From Limnochordia bacterium (GTDB lineage Bacteria; Bacillota; Limnochordia; DTU080): a stretch of 64,000 nucleotides of DNA. Each line of letters starts with the position of its first letter. The first letter of the stretch is position 1. The stretch is taken from contig JBMNJG010000007.1 in NCBI GenBank assembly GCA_050951545.1, positions 544,001 through 608,000 on the forward strand. The letters run 5' to 3'. This document shows positions 28,048-38,711 of this stretch, piece by piece. The notes beneath the pieces were generated by a model that was given only the letters and a program-made list of their open reading frames with translations, did not search any database and was not told the DNA's origin. The translations under genes were made by a program, and so were the position numbers.

Positions 28048-29367
28048 TTATTCCTGCTGTGTGGTTTCAAAGAGTGCGTTCATTTGCTGATGGAGTTCCT
28101 CGAGCACTGCGCGGGGGTCACGTTGGCCCTGCAACACCTCGTTGCGGATCAGCGGGTACGCGATCTGCTCGAACCGGGCGTAGTGCGGACTCAAGATATC
28201 CACGTAGTTATCGGGATGCACAGCCGCCTCGATGTAGTTTTCCACTGCCTCAGGCGGGTTGGGCATGCTCTGGATCATTCTCAGCCACTGGGTCATGAAC
28301 CTCTGGTTGGCTGGTAGCCTGTTGGTGTGAGCGATGTACGACTGCCATGATTCCTGAGAGCTTGTCAGAAACTCGATCCAGCGCCACGCGGCATCCGGAT
28401 TCTGAGACGTGACCGGAATCTGGAAGCTGTTGACGGCAGTGTAGGATCCTTGTTTGACACCGCCGATTGGCAGGGCTACACCCCAACGGAAGTCAGCGTT
28501 GGCTTGGGCAAGAAGCTGGCTTGTGTTGGGGCCTGTCCCCAGGCTCCAGGCGTATATGCCCTTGGGGAACTCGCCTGAGTAATTGCCGGAGTCGAAGTGG
28601 GCGACGTTGTGGACGAGGTGCAGATCTGCCAACCAATGCAAGGCCTCGATGACCTTCGGCGTATTCAGAAGGCTGCGCGTGGGTTCGATGTCGCGATCAA
28701 ACATCTTGGCACCCTTGTTCTCAAAGGCGTTTCTGTAGACCCAGAGGGTGTAGGCATTGTGCGTGCCCCATTCTTCAGGGATGCCGTCCCCGTCGCGATC
28801 TATGGTAAGGCGCTTCGATGCCGTCAGAGCAGCATCAAAGTTCCAGCCCGTGCCGAGCTGGGCGGGCGTGGCCAATCCTCCTCTGGCGAACATCTCCGCA
28901 TGATAGTGCGTAGGGACCACATAGAGGTCTACCGGAATGCCCCAGATCATCCCGTTCGGCCGGGTCATGGCCGTGCGGGCGATCGGCACGTAGGCGTCAA
29001 ATGATATCTTGGAGCTTCTCTGCAAGAAAGGCCGCAGATCCATGTAGCCGCCCTGCGAGGCCACGGAAGAGGCCATGCGCAGCACGAGTTCTGACACGTC
29101 GAGGCTGACGCCCGAGGCGATGAAGACCATGAAGGTGTCCGCCGTACCGCCTGTGGTGGGTACCGACAGCTCGATTTTCACGTCCGGGTTCTGGGCCTCA
29201 AAGCGGGGTATCTGCTCCCGAATCCACGACAGCCATCCCAAGCCATGGGCAGTGTTCTGGAAATGGTGGACCACCTTCTGACTTGCCACAACATGCGGGG
29301 ACGCAAGGGCCAGCGTCATCACGAACACGACACACCAGATGATCCGTAGCTCTGCAGGTCTGTTCAC
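28048..29367 (-). CDS. Sugar ABC transporter solute-binding protein
   Basis: FEAQNPDVKIE, DLRPFL, WGIP, AAWRWIEFL. Close paralogue of 60688..62001. Confidence 0.92.
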   Translation of the reverse strand: MNRPAELRIIWCVVFVMTLALASPHVVASQKVVHHFQNTAHGLGWLSWIREQIPRFEAQNPDVKIELSVPTTGGTADTFMVFIASGVSLDVSELVLRMASSVASQGGYMDLRPFLQRSSKISFDAYVPIARTAMTRPNGMIWGIPVDLYVVPTHYHAEMFARGGLATPAQLGTGWNFDAALTASKRLTIDRDGDGIPEEWGTHNAYTLWVYRNAFENKGAKMFDRDIEPTRSLLNTPKVIEALHWLADLHLVHNVAHFDSGNYSGEFPKGIYAWSLGTGPNTSQLLAQANADFRWGVALPIGGVKQGSYTAVNSFQIPVTSQNPDAAWRWIEFLTSSQESWQSYIAHTNRLPANQRFMTQWLRMIQSMPNPPEAVENYIEAAVHPDNYVDILSPHYARFEQIAYPLIRNEVLQGQRDPRAVLEELHQQMNALFETTQQE

Positions 29368-29418
29368 CGATTCCGTCCTCCTTTGACGTTTCTCAGAGCC
29401 AGGTCTGGCTCCTATGGC

Positions 29419-31911
29419 CTATCTGTGTCGTCGAAGAGGCACTACGTACGGATTGCTTGCTGTTCCATCTGTGAAGACCTCCATGATCCTGTTCTCCAGT
29501 CCTGTGGAGTACCTGATGAGATAGAAGACGAAGAGGCGTCCGGAGGGTGCCACATGAAAGCGGGCCTCGGTCGGTACCTCATCGGGATGCTTTTCGTCTG
29601 CGAGATGGAGCACCCGTCGCAACAGTATGACCCCGTCACGGACGATGGCGTAGTTCAGAGTGTGTGTCTGACGCTCAAGCGGATAGAACTCTTGTCGCAG
29701 CCGTTCGTCAAGAGCGCGCTCAATCCACAAGAGGTGGACGTTGCCATCGGTGTCGACGGAGAGATCACACGGGGTGAGCCATCCGGCGGTGCTGTCGCGG
29801 CTAGAGATCTCCAACCACTGATGGAACTGGCCTGAGCGGATATCATCGCTCCAGGCGAAAAAGATGCGGCGGAAATCGTAATCCCATGCTTGCCCGGTGA
29901 TCTCTTTCTTGCGCTCACGCCAGACCTGGTAGGGCTCTACCACGTCGGAGACGCCGAAGAAGTAGACCGCCCGATCTTGGAGGGCGACAGTGGGGTAACA
30001 GATGCGCACCGGGCCGGGTTCGTCATACTCCTTGGCCCAGGGCCACGCCAGCTGCCCCTGAGCTGACCACTCGCCGTGGCGGTCGTAGAAGGCCCACTCC
30101 GCATGGGTGTAGCCGATGTTCTGGAAAAGGATCAGCTCGTGGTTGGTAGCGTCGGCGGCGAAACTGCGGTAGGAGTGCTCAGTGAATGACGGTTCGCTAA
30201 CCCAGACGGGAAGATGCGTCTTGAACCCAGAGCTGGGTGTGCTGGCATCAAACTCGAGGAGACGCGGCTCACTAGGACCGTTATAGGTGTCCGGTGCGGT
30301 CAACGTTGGGTTGACGGAGAGAAAAAGCCGACCATCGTCGAAACAGGTCACCGGGGAGGGCTCGCGGGTGCGTGCAGTACCTCGGTATACCTGTTTCCAT
30401 CCCTCGTCATCGCGGTAGAAAAGCAGGGGTACACAGTTGTTGAGGGGCTTCGCATCGGGTATGGTTTCGAGCCCGGCGGCAAAAAGCTGGTCGTTGCATC
30501 GGACCAAGGAAGTGCTGCCGCGACACCACATGGGCCCGGCACCGTTGTTTGCTGGGATGTAGCTGTAGACCTCATCTTCGACTTCCACGTTGATCTCAGG
30601 GGGCGTGTAGCGTCCTCTCCCAGTCAGCAACACCACATCCTCTTTTCCCGTGAAATGCAGCGTCACATCTTTGGAGAGCGTTGGCTCGAATTGCAGTTGC
30701 CAGCGGCGGTGATCTGAGGTAGGGTGCGGGATTGGAAACGCCAGCGTCATGGCCTCTTCAATGCTCTGCGCGAGTTCGGTCTCCAGTATCGCCAATAGGG
30801 GGTCCTGGCCTTTTCGTGGCGAGTGATGGTCAGACACGGGCGAGAGCGTTAATCCCAGCCTTAGGGTGAGGCCAGGGAAGGCGCCGTCTCCAGTTAGCGT
30901 GAGTCTCCCGCTCCATTCGTCGCCATGGACGGCGATAGGGGCCATGGTCATCTCTAGGGCCCCGACACGGATTTGGCGTGCATCGAGCCGCCATATCCTG
31001 GACTCGTCCACATACTCCAGGGCCAGCTGTACGCGGCCAACAGGGAAGTCGGCGGTAGGCACGGGGAGCAGCTGCCGGTCTGTCGTTGAGCAAATTGCCG
31101 CTACCTCTTGTGGGCCGTCACCATTGTCCACTGTCACCCGAAAACGCCCGGTTGTGGGGTATTCCGGGGGCACCAACTGCACAGCTACTTCTCTATGCTG
31201 GCGTCTGTCGATGGTCAGCAGCGATGCACTGTGGCCAAGAGGCCAGGCAAAGGACTGCGTCTGTGCATCCCAAGCCAGGATATCCCACTCGGTGCCCACG
31301 GGTACCAGGGTCTCAACTACCTGGGGCTGTGAGAAGGTGAGGAGTGAGGTGTCCTTGATGCTGGGCCCTGTGTGATCGTTCGTTGGAGCAGGAGGCTGTT
31401 CGCAGCCACCGCACGGACGCAGTGTGCCTGAGTAGGCTTGCAGACGGGTACTGACCGAAAAGACCCGCATCCCAGAGGTGAGATCGACCACGGCGGCCGA
31501 AACGAGGCCAGATTGCGGGTCGTAGCTAAGTGAGGTTTCGTAGACGTGGCCCGCCTCCGGGCCCATGATGCCTAAGCCTTTTCGATAGGGGCGCGCAGCC
31601 TGTTCATCGGGGCGTATGAGGTGTGGAGCCACCTCGAGGCCGACTTCCCATGTGGGAAACCAGCCGCCTCGTTTTTCTTGTGTCCAGACTACAGAGAGCG
31701 CCGGCTCGGTTGGCACGTTCTCCAGGCAGAAGCCAGCCAGTCGCATGTCGAGTTCCGGAATCGTTGTGTCCTCGGCTACCGTCATGGTGGTGATCACTGT
31801 GAGGGGAGTGCCCTCAGCGTGGCCGGGTACTGGTGGCCAGGCTAGCATCAGAGACAAACAGAGCAGACAGATGGCTGCGGTGCAGGGAAAGAGGTTGAGC
31901 TTTGGTGCCAT
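29419..31911 (-). CDS. Secreted hypothetical protein: shared N-terminal module plus putative beta-propeller (sialidase-like) C-terminal domain
   Basis: Signal peptide; C-terminal half NNGAGPMWCRGST...RICYP...WDY.FRR.F.AWSDD. Confidence 0.7.
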   Translation of the reverse strand: MAPKLNLFPCTAAICLLCLSLMLAWPPVPGHAEGTPLTVITTMTVAEDTTIPELDMRLAGFCLENVPTEPALSVVWTQEKRGGWFPTWEVGLEVAPHLIRPDEQAARPYRKGLGIMGPEAGHVYETSLSYDPQSGLVSAAVVDLTSGMRVFSVSTRLQAYSGTLRPCGGCEQPPAPTNDHTGPSIKDTSLLTFSQPQVVETLVPVGTEWDILAWDAQTQSFAWPLGHSASLLTIDRRQHREVAVQLVPPEYPTTGRFRVTVDNGDGPQEVAAICSTTDRQLLPVPTADFPVGRVQLALEYVDESRIWRLDARQIRVGALEMTMAPIAVHGDEWSGRLTLTGDGAFPGLTLRLGLTLSPVSDHHSPRKGQDPLLAILETELAQSIEEAMTLAFPIPHPTSDHRRWQLQFEPTLSKDVTLHFTGKEDVVLLTGRGRYTPPEINVEVEDEVYSYIPANNGAGPMWCRGSTSLVRCNDQLFAAGLETIPDAKPLNNCVPLLFYRDDEGWKQVYRGTARTREPSPVTCFDDGRLFLSVNPTLTAPDTYNGPSEPRLLEFDASTPSSGFKTHLPVWVSEPSFTEHSYRSFAADATNHELILFQNIGYTHAEWAFYDRHGEWSAQGQLAWPWAKEYDEPGPVRICYPTVALQDRAVYFFGVSDVVEPYQVWRERKKEITGQAWDYDFRRIFFAWSDDIRSGQFHQWLEISSRDSTAGWLTPCDLSVDTDGNVHLLWIERALDERLRQEFYPLERQTHTLNYAIVRDGVILLRRVLHLADEKHPDEVPTEARFHVAPSGRLFVFYLIRYSTGLENRIMEVFTDGTASNPYVVPLRRHR

Positions 31912-32009
31912 TTGCAGGCCCTCCTTGTACTTCAGTCGACAATATCAAAACATAGGGTTGTTCATCTCCCATCGGGGTCTATGTGTAGAGGATGCGTTCA
32001 TCGTGCTGC

Positions 32010-32622
32010 GGCGGTTTCCTCTGGATGAAACTGACTACCCGTGCCATTTCCATTGATAGCCTGCTACGCTGAAGCTCCAGCGCAGCGTTGACGGTGCCCT
32101 CCATATCCGACCGCCGTCTTCGCTGGGGGTCCTGCCAGTACGAATCATGAACTCCAACATCCACTCTCTGCTAATCAGGTGCTTCACCCAACGCCAAGCA
32201 GCTTCTGGATGGGTACAATCGGAGCTAACCTGAAAACCGTTCATGATCAGCATGGTACCGTTGTTGTCCGGGCCCTTGGGAAGCTGTGATACGTCCTACT
32301 CGAAACGGTCCCCTACCTCACGAGGCATGGACCCCAACAGAGACGGACCATCCACTAGCGAAAACCCAATTTTGCCAGCATAGAAGAACTTATAGCCGTC
32401 CCACATGCGGTTGATGTCGAAGGCGATGTTATGAGTCACAAACAGATCCGTCAAAAACCCTAGACCAGCGCGGCCAGCAGGTGAGCTAAAGGTGGGTTTC
32501 GTTGGCTCATCGAGCCTGTCAAAGAGAAGACCGCCTGCCTGATGGGCGAATATGGGCCAGCGATAGAAGCTGTTGTTGACCTCGACGCCCCACTGGTCGA
32601 GCCTTGAGTAGCCCAATGCCAA
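32010..32622 (-). pseudogene. Broken solute-binding protein gene
   Basis: Fragments QWG...HQAGGLLFD and LPKGP.NNG...GFQVSSDCTHPEAAWRWVKHL, separated by a stop. 5' half missing. Confidence 0.8.
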
Positions 32623-32639
32623 AGAGGTGATCGCTGCCC

Positions 32640-34957
32640 AGTACGGCCAACTGAGCCTGCGAGTTGTCTACTTTTCTACCAGGGCTAGGGCTGGCTTTGG
32701 AAGTGCTAACGCAGCAGCATTCTCCGACAACTGCTTGCACTGCCCTCGCAAAGCGCCCAGCACACTGAAGAAACGGCGGTGTTCACCCTCCTTAACTGTT
32801 CCGATCCACTTTTGCGTCAACACCTGGTCCTCTAGTGTTGCCTTGACTGGCCTGGATATGCGTAGTGGCCACAAGAGCAGCAGTGGCCCCTGTGACATCG
32901 GAATGCTTTAGAGTAGCATTGGTGGCGACTACTGGCTCCACCATGCCATCAGAAAAGGCGAGCACCTGATTGCGGTGACCTTTGAGAATAGTGATGCCGT
33001 TCATTCGCAGCTCCATGAGAGAGAAAGTATGGTAGGGAACCCGCGTACCTTGAAACAGGCCTTTGACTAGGATGTAGGGTAGGCCGTCTTGTCTGTCTGC
33101 CCACTCAGCGTAGGAGAGACGTCGGATGGTCCACCGGTTTACCAGGTCCTCGGGTTCGCTGGGCGCGAGAGTCTCATGCGGCCAAAACGACTGCCCTAGG
33201 CGGAAGATGCCTGTATCAATGCCGGTTCGCTCTCGGTAGCGTAGCCACTGCCCTTGCCCAGTGAGATAGGCGACTGTGTTGAGCATACCAATGGAGGCTG
33301 ATTCCAGAGACCAGTCCGGAACTCGCCCCGAAACGATTATTTCCTGCTCCTTGATCAGCTCTCCGAAGCTGCCATGCTCAACGGGCACCCGATCGCTACT
33401 CAAGAGCAGGTAGGTCACGATAGGGGCGAGGTTCGTAATATGCCACTCCTGGTGGCCATGCTCGAGATCCACATAGGCATACTCGTGCAGCGAGCCAAAG
33501 TGGTTAACGCAGCCACGCAGCGCGTAATCCCAGACTGAGTCCTCGTACTCCTTACTGAAGTAACGAGCCAAGGCATACAGTGAAGTGGCTGACCAGGCGG
33601 CGTGCCTGTCACCGACAGCCACAGGCACCTGGTTGTGCTGCTTGTAGATGCCCTCATCACGGCGATGTTCTAGCTGCCGCGAGAAGGCATTGGTCACTTT
33701 CAGACGTTCAGCATCGGAAAAGATCGGGCTCTCTTCGATGAGGTCCCAAAAGAGGATCAGCATGTGAGCAGTGTAGTGGTACGGTCCAGCCAGAGGGTCG
33801 TCTTTGTTCTCCGTCTTTTCCCCGTCAGCTATGAGCTCCTTCATCGCCTGTTCATCGGGGAAAGCCAACCGTAAGAACTCCTGCGCGTGGAAAGCGTCCC
33901 CTGTCATGTAGTACAACGCCATGCGCTTGCTTATGATATTCCACCCGAAAAACCCCGAAGAGCCTGAGGCTACCGAGGCCTCCCAGATCTCCACATCCTC
34001 TAGCTTATCTGGAACAACCAGACCCTCACCGAGCGCTATCTCCATTAGCCAACCAACAGAAAGACGACCCGCATCCCCTTCAGCTGCCGCAAGCTCTTCT
34101 AAGAAGACATCCGTGGCTCGGCCCACACCAGTAGCATCGCTGCCACCAACCAAGATCACGTTCTTGCCATCACCAAACGGATTGTGCACACTGCGTACGT
34201 TATAGCCGCTCGCCCCCGGATACTCTAGATCGATCAGCGAGAAATGCAGGTCATAGAGGCTACTCATGGTCTTGTTCGTGGATCGGTTACCCAGCACAAT
34301 CGGTGCGCTGTCAATGGTGAGCGAGTGGGCGCCCGTCCTGCATCATAGTTAGGCGTATGCCATGCGGATGGTACGTGAACCGCTGCCTCAGGGTCAGTAT
34401 CAGTGACTATCGGAAAGGTAACACCAGTGATCTGGGCGATAGCATGCTGAATGCGTCTGGCTTCCTGATCGTACGTACCCTCATGCGAAGTCACGATTAG
34501 CGTATTGGGGCGACCCTCTTTTACTAACTCTGTATCGATGTGCAGATCCTTGAGCTCGCTATACACTGGTGGGTTGGGCTCGGGCACGGGTTGTCTTGCG
34601 GACGGTACCAAAAACACGCTACGCACCAGCAGTTTCGGCGTTGATAGCGCATGCGTGTACAAATAGACAGCAATCTGAGTGGTGCCTGCAGGAGCCTGAC
34701 CCCAAACGGTTACCGCCTCAAAGTCCTCGCTGTGCGGGATCACCCTCGCCTACTATGCTAAGTGTACCTGCCTTCGGATTTGCGTAAGGCTACCAGCCTG
34801 GGGGAGGCAAGAGGTGTTCGCCACCGCTGAAAGTAGGATTGGTCAGAAGATTCATGGATGCTGTGTCAGAGCACGAAGCGTTGACCGCTACCAACAGGAG
34901 GAGCAGAATTGCGAAACTGCATGTGCGGCTCAATGTGATGCCAACGTACCTTTTCAT
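32640..34957 (-). pseudogene. Large secreted glycan-active-like protein, decayed
   Basis: Signal peptide MKRYVGITLSRTCSFAILLLLLVAVNA at 34957, then a stop and frameshifts linking ORFs 34264..34743, 32792..34297 and 32668..32898. Confidence 0.7.
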
Positions 34958-35151
34958 CGCTTCACGTCTACGAAGAGTCCCTCGGGCGCTCGTTGTTTAC
35001 CCTGGTACTACTGAATTCGTGGGCTTCTTTGAAAACCCTACCGAAGGAGCCCTCTCCGCGGTTGGCTGGACAGGAGATGACCGCCCGCAGGCAGAAACGG
35101 TGGGGAGCGCCACTAGCGCACGCGGTGGTGACCGGATGTGGAGGAGCGATC

Positions 35152-36366
35152 GTGGCAGACCAGGTGCAGTCCCGCAAGGTGAGGCGGCCGGATGTGCAGG
35201 TGCTTACCGCCTTGTACTTCCTCTACTTTTTCTCCTACGGAGTCTATCAGCCGTATATCAACCTCCATTTTAGGCGATTGGGGATGCCCGGATCGCAGAT
35301 TGGTGTTCTCGCCGCCTTGCGCCCACTGCTGATCATCTTTGTGCCCCCATTTGTAGGGTACGTGGCAGACCAGCGTCATGCGCATCGCCGAGCTCTGGGT
35401 TGGCTGTTGATGGGAAGTGTGGTGCCTTTCTATCTGCTGTTGGGTACGCATGACTTTCGTCTGCTGCTGCTTACCATGTTTGCCTTCTCCGCCTTCACTA
35501 GCGCTATCACACCGATGCTCGATACGAATGCCTTGGACGTGCTGGCAGGGGACCGCACGCGCTATGGGTTGCTGCGCCGCTGGGGTTCATTGGGCTATAT
35601 GATTGCTGTAGTGGTGTGTGGCCAACTGGGCGAGAGAAGCTCAATTCCCACGCTGCTTGCCGCCTCCGGGGTGGTGCTGTTGCTCGCGGGGTGCGTCGCC
35701 TGGCACTGGGGGAGGCAGACTGTCGATTTCCCGTCGCTATCAGTGTCAGGTTTGGATTCCGACACCTCTCGGCGATGGTGGAGCGAGATGGCGAGCACCT
35801 GGGGCGAGGTGCTCCGTTTGCCGGGGATGGCAGCACTGTTTGCCGCCGGGTTTCTGGGGTGGGTGGCCTCGTCCACGTATCAGATATTCTTCACGATTCA
35901 TGCGGACGCCCTTGGAATGTCGGAAGGGCTGATTGGGGTGGCCTGGGGCATCGCCGTCGTCAGTGAGATCGTCTTCCTAAGTCTGTCGCGGCGGTTTCTT
36001 ACGCATTGGGGGGCCAGGACTCTCTTTGCCGTGGGCCTGTCCGCTGCCGCTCTGCGTTGGAGCTTGTATGCGGTGGTGGAGAACGTCTATCTGGTGTTGG
36101 GCTTGCAGATGCTGCACGGCTTGACCTTTGGTGCCCTGCAGGTCGGGGCGGTGACCTATCTTCACGCCCAAGCCCCGCCTGAGAGGCGTTCGGGGGCCCA
36201 GACGCTTTGGGTGGCACTGACCACTGGGGTCGCAGGTGCCATCGGCGCCTTTGCCGGAGGACCTCTGTCGGATGCACTGGGTATACAGCCCTTGTTTGCC
36301 CTGTCAGGAATCCTGGCCTTGGCTGGGGCGTTAGTGGGCTGGTTTGGTGTGAGGACTCGGACCTGA
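35152..36366 (+). CDS. MFS transporter (MFS_1-like, oligosaccharide/nucleoside:H+ symporter-like)
   Basis: About 12 hydrophobic segments; YG..R.WGSLGY, SEI, LQMLHGLTFG. GTG start after GGAGG. Confidence 0.9.
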   Translation: MADQVQSRKVRRPDVQVLTALYFLYFFSYGVYQPYINLHFRRLGMPGSQIGVLAALRPLLIIFVPPFVGYVADQRHAHRRALGWLLMGSVVPFYLLLGTHDFRLLLLTMFAFSAFTSAITPMLDTNALDVLAGDRTRYGLLRRWGSLGYMIAVVVCGQLGERSSIPTLLAASGVVLLLAGCVAWHWGRQTVDFPSLSVSGLDSDTSRRWWSEMASTWGEVLRLPGMAALFAAGFLGWVASSTYQIFFTIHADALGMSEGLIGVAWGIAVVSEIVFLSLSRRFLTHWGARTLFAVGLSAAALRWSLYAVVENVYLVLGLQMLHGLTFGALQVGAVTYLHAQAPPERRSGAQTLWVALTTGVAGAIGAFAGGPLSDALGIQPLFALSGILALAGALVGWFGVRTRT

Positions 36367-36393
36367 TTCAAGTTCATGGGGGAGGTTTCTGGG

Positions 36394-38646
36394 ATGAACA
36401 CCATCAGTCGACGTTCCCAACGCAGTCTTCTAGCCTTGATGCTCCTGGCGGCGATCATTGCCCTCGGTGCCTGTGCCGTGGCCAGCCCAGTGGAGGGGCC
36501 AGTGAGCATCCGCACCCTGTGGCAGCTCGATGAGGCCGTTGAGCTAGATGAGTTCAGAGGTTTTTGGACGGGTGTTCTTCTACAGGAAACCGCTGAACAA
36601 CCGGAGCTGGCTGTGACCTGGTCCCTGGATAGCCAAGCCTTCTGGCCCATCTGGCGTATTCAGGTTGTCGCCAGGCGCGATGCACTGGGTGTCGGTGCAG
36701 GGGCAGGGGCGCAAAAGGAATTCTCATTGTGGCCCGGCATGGAAAGTCTCACCTTGACGACGGTTCAGCCCATACCCGGTCACCGGTACGAGTCGTGCTT
36801 AAGCTACGATCCGGATCTAGGAGGGTTGTCGGTCGTCATTACCGATATGACGGCGGGAAGTGAGATCGTCGCCGACAGCGTTGCTGTACCTGTGCGCCAG
36901 GGCGCCTTCCATCTGGCTACGGGTTTGGTGGCCGGGGGTCAGCGTCAGGAGCAGGCCTCGGCGAGTGTGTTACAGGTAGAGCATGGTTACGTGCCGTGGG
37001 GTGTGCGCTGGAATGTGGCTGTGAGCGAGAGCCCACACGGGGCACCTTTGGCGACCTTTCATGTCGATCGCACGGATGAGGCGATCCTGGATCTAAGCAT
37101 ACCTCATCCAGTGCGAGGCGAGTTCGACCTGTTGCTGGTGCAAGGCGACAGGCAGCTCGAGCTAGGGCGAGTGAGTTTGCCTGCGAGCGGCAGCGTTGCC
37201 ATTCCTCTGCAGGTGGCTGACTGGCCCCTGGGACCAGTCTCCGTGGAGCTGCGCTACTGGGACCGATCAGAGATGACGTTCTGCGCCCAAAAGAGCATCG
37301 TGGTAGGGCGCCTGGTGACGAGTTTCAGTCCGCTGGAACTCGATGAGGATCGGCAGAGCGTCCAGACGACGATGTACTTGAGCAGTCAAGACGAGATGGC
37401 TGATGTGCCCGTGGTGGTGGAGGGGCGGTGGACCGAGCGCGTATGGGACTCTGTGGCCCGCAGGTATCGGGAGCGACTAGCTGCAGATCCCCTGGTTCTC
37501 TTTGCAGGTCCACTAAGCGTAGCTGGCCCCGACTCCCCAGGCGAGGTAGCGCTGTCGATTCCGGTTCCTCGGGAGCCAGGTTTCTGGCGGTTGCAGGTGG
37601 TGCCTGCGGTTGAGTCGGGCGTCCTCGTGCAAGCCTACCCTGTTCAGACGCAAGTTTTCACTTATCCGCCCGCCCAGATTGCCAGCGGCGAGCCCTATAC
37701 GATCGCTGTGTACCCTGACGTGCAGTACTTCAGCAGAAGCTACCCTGAGATCTTGATGCGCATGAATCATTGGGTGGCGGAGAATGCGGCACAGTTGGGC
37801 ATCGGGATGCTTTTGCAGGTGGGGGATATCACGAATGACAACAACGCTGAGCAGTGGACTCGGGTGCAAAACAGCTTTCGCCTCCTAGACGGTACCGTGC
37901 CCTACGCTTTTTCGTTAGGGAATCACGACATGGCCACAGGAGGAGGTAACGTGGCAGAGCGGGGCTTGAGCCTTGTTCAGCGATTTTTCACGCCAGCGGA
38001 TTTCGCAGGCTACAGGGGGGCCTATCCGGAAGGTACCCTCGACAACACCTACCACGAGATTCGGCTGGGCGATGACGACTATCTTGTCTTGGCCTTGGAG
38101 TTCCTTCCGCCTGATGATGTGCTCGCCTGGGCCGATAAGGTGATCTCGGCGCATCCGGATCACCGCGTGATACTAGTGACGCACTTTTACTTGAACACTG
38201 TAGGCAATAGGGCCCCTGCGGGTCGTAGCTCGGGTTATCCTTTGACACAGAACCCAGCCACGACGGTGAACGAGGGCGAAGAGATCTGGCAGAAGCTGTT
38301 GCGCAGGCATGAGAATGTCTTCATGGTCTTCAGCGGGCATCTGAGCTGCACAGCAGTACCCCGCAGGGTCTCCAGAGGGGATAAGGGCAACCGCGTCTAT
38401 GAATTCCTAGTGGACTACCAAAGCGAGCCCGACGGAGGCAGCGGCTGGTTCGCGCTCGTGCACTTCACGCCTGACAACAAGGTGCTGGTCGATGTCTACT
38501 CTCCGTATCTGGGTGTCTATAAGATGGACAAAGACCGCTACGGCTTTGGGAACCGCTTCACGATCGACCTGGAGACGGGGAGGATCAGCGAACCGCTAGA
38601 TGGCTCTGTGAACGCTGATCTGATTCCCGACGATCTGGCAGCCTGA
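36394..38646 (+). CDS. Secreted calcineurin-like metallophosphoesterase with large N-terminal module
   Basis: PDVQ, GDIT, GNHD, TH and SGH metallophosphoesterase motifs in the C-terminal 320 aa; signal peptide. Confidence 0.88.
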   Translation: MNTISRRSQRSLLALMLLAAIIALGACAVASPVEGPVSIRTLWQLDEAVELDEFRGFWTGVLLQETAEQPELAVTWSLDSQAFWPIWRIQVVARRDALGVGAGAGAQKEFSLWPGMESLTLTTVQPIPGHRYESCLSYDPDLGGLSVVITDMTAGSEIVADSVAVPVRQGAFHLATGLVAGGQRQEQASASVLQVEHGYVPWGVRWNVAVSESPHGAPLATFHVDRTDEAILDLSIPHPVRGEFDLLLVQGDRQLELGRVSLPASGSVAIPLQVADWPLGPVSVELRYWDRSEMTFCAQKSIVVGRLVTSFSPLELDEDRQSVQTTMYLSSQDEMADVPVVVEGRWTERVWDSVARRYRERLAADPLVLFAGPLSVAGPDSPGEVALSIPVPREPGFWRLQVVPAVESGVLVQAYPVQTQVFTYPPAQIASGEPYTIAVYPDVQYFSRSYPEILMRMNHWVAENAAQLGIGMLLQVGDITNDNNAEQWTRVQNSFRLLDGTVPYAFSLGNHDMATGGGNVAERGLSLVQRFFTPADFAGYRGAYPEGTLDNTYHEIRLGDDDYLVLALEFLPPDDVLAWADKVISAHPDHRVILVTHFYLNTVGNRAPAGRSSGYPLTQNPATTVNEGEEIWQKLLRRHENVFMVFSGHLSCTAVPRRVSRGDKGNRVYEFLVDYQSEPDGGSGWFALVHFTPDNKVLVDVYSPYLGVYKMDKDRYGFGNRFTIDLETGRISEPLDGSVNADLIPDDLAA

Positions 38647-38711
38647 GCCACAGTGAACCTTTCTCGTCTCGAACGCCCCTTGACTATGTGAGAGGTGTTG
38701 ATTGGGGGGGG

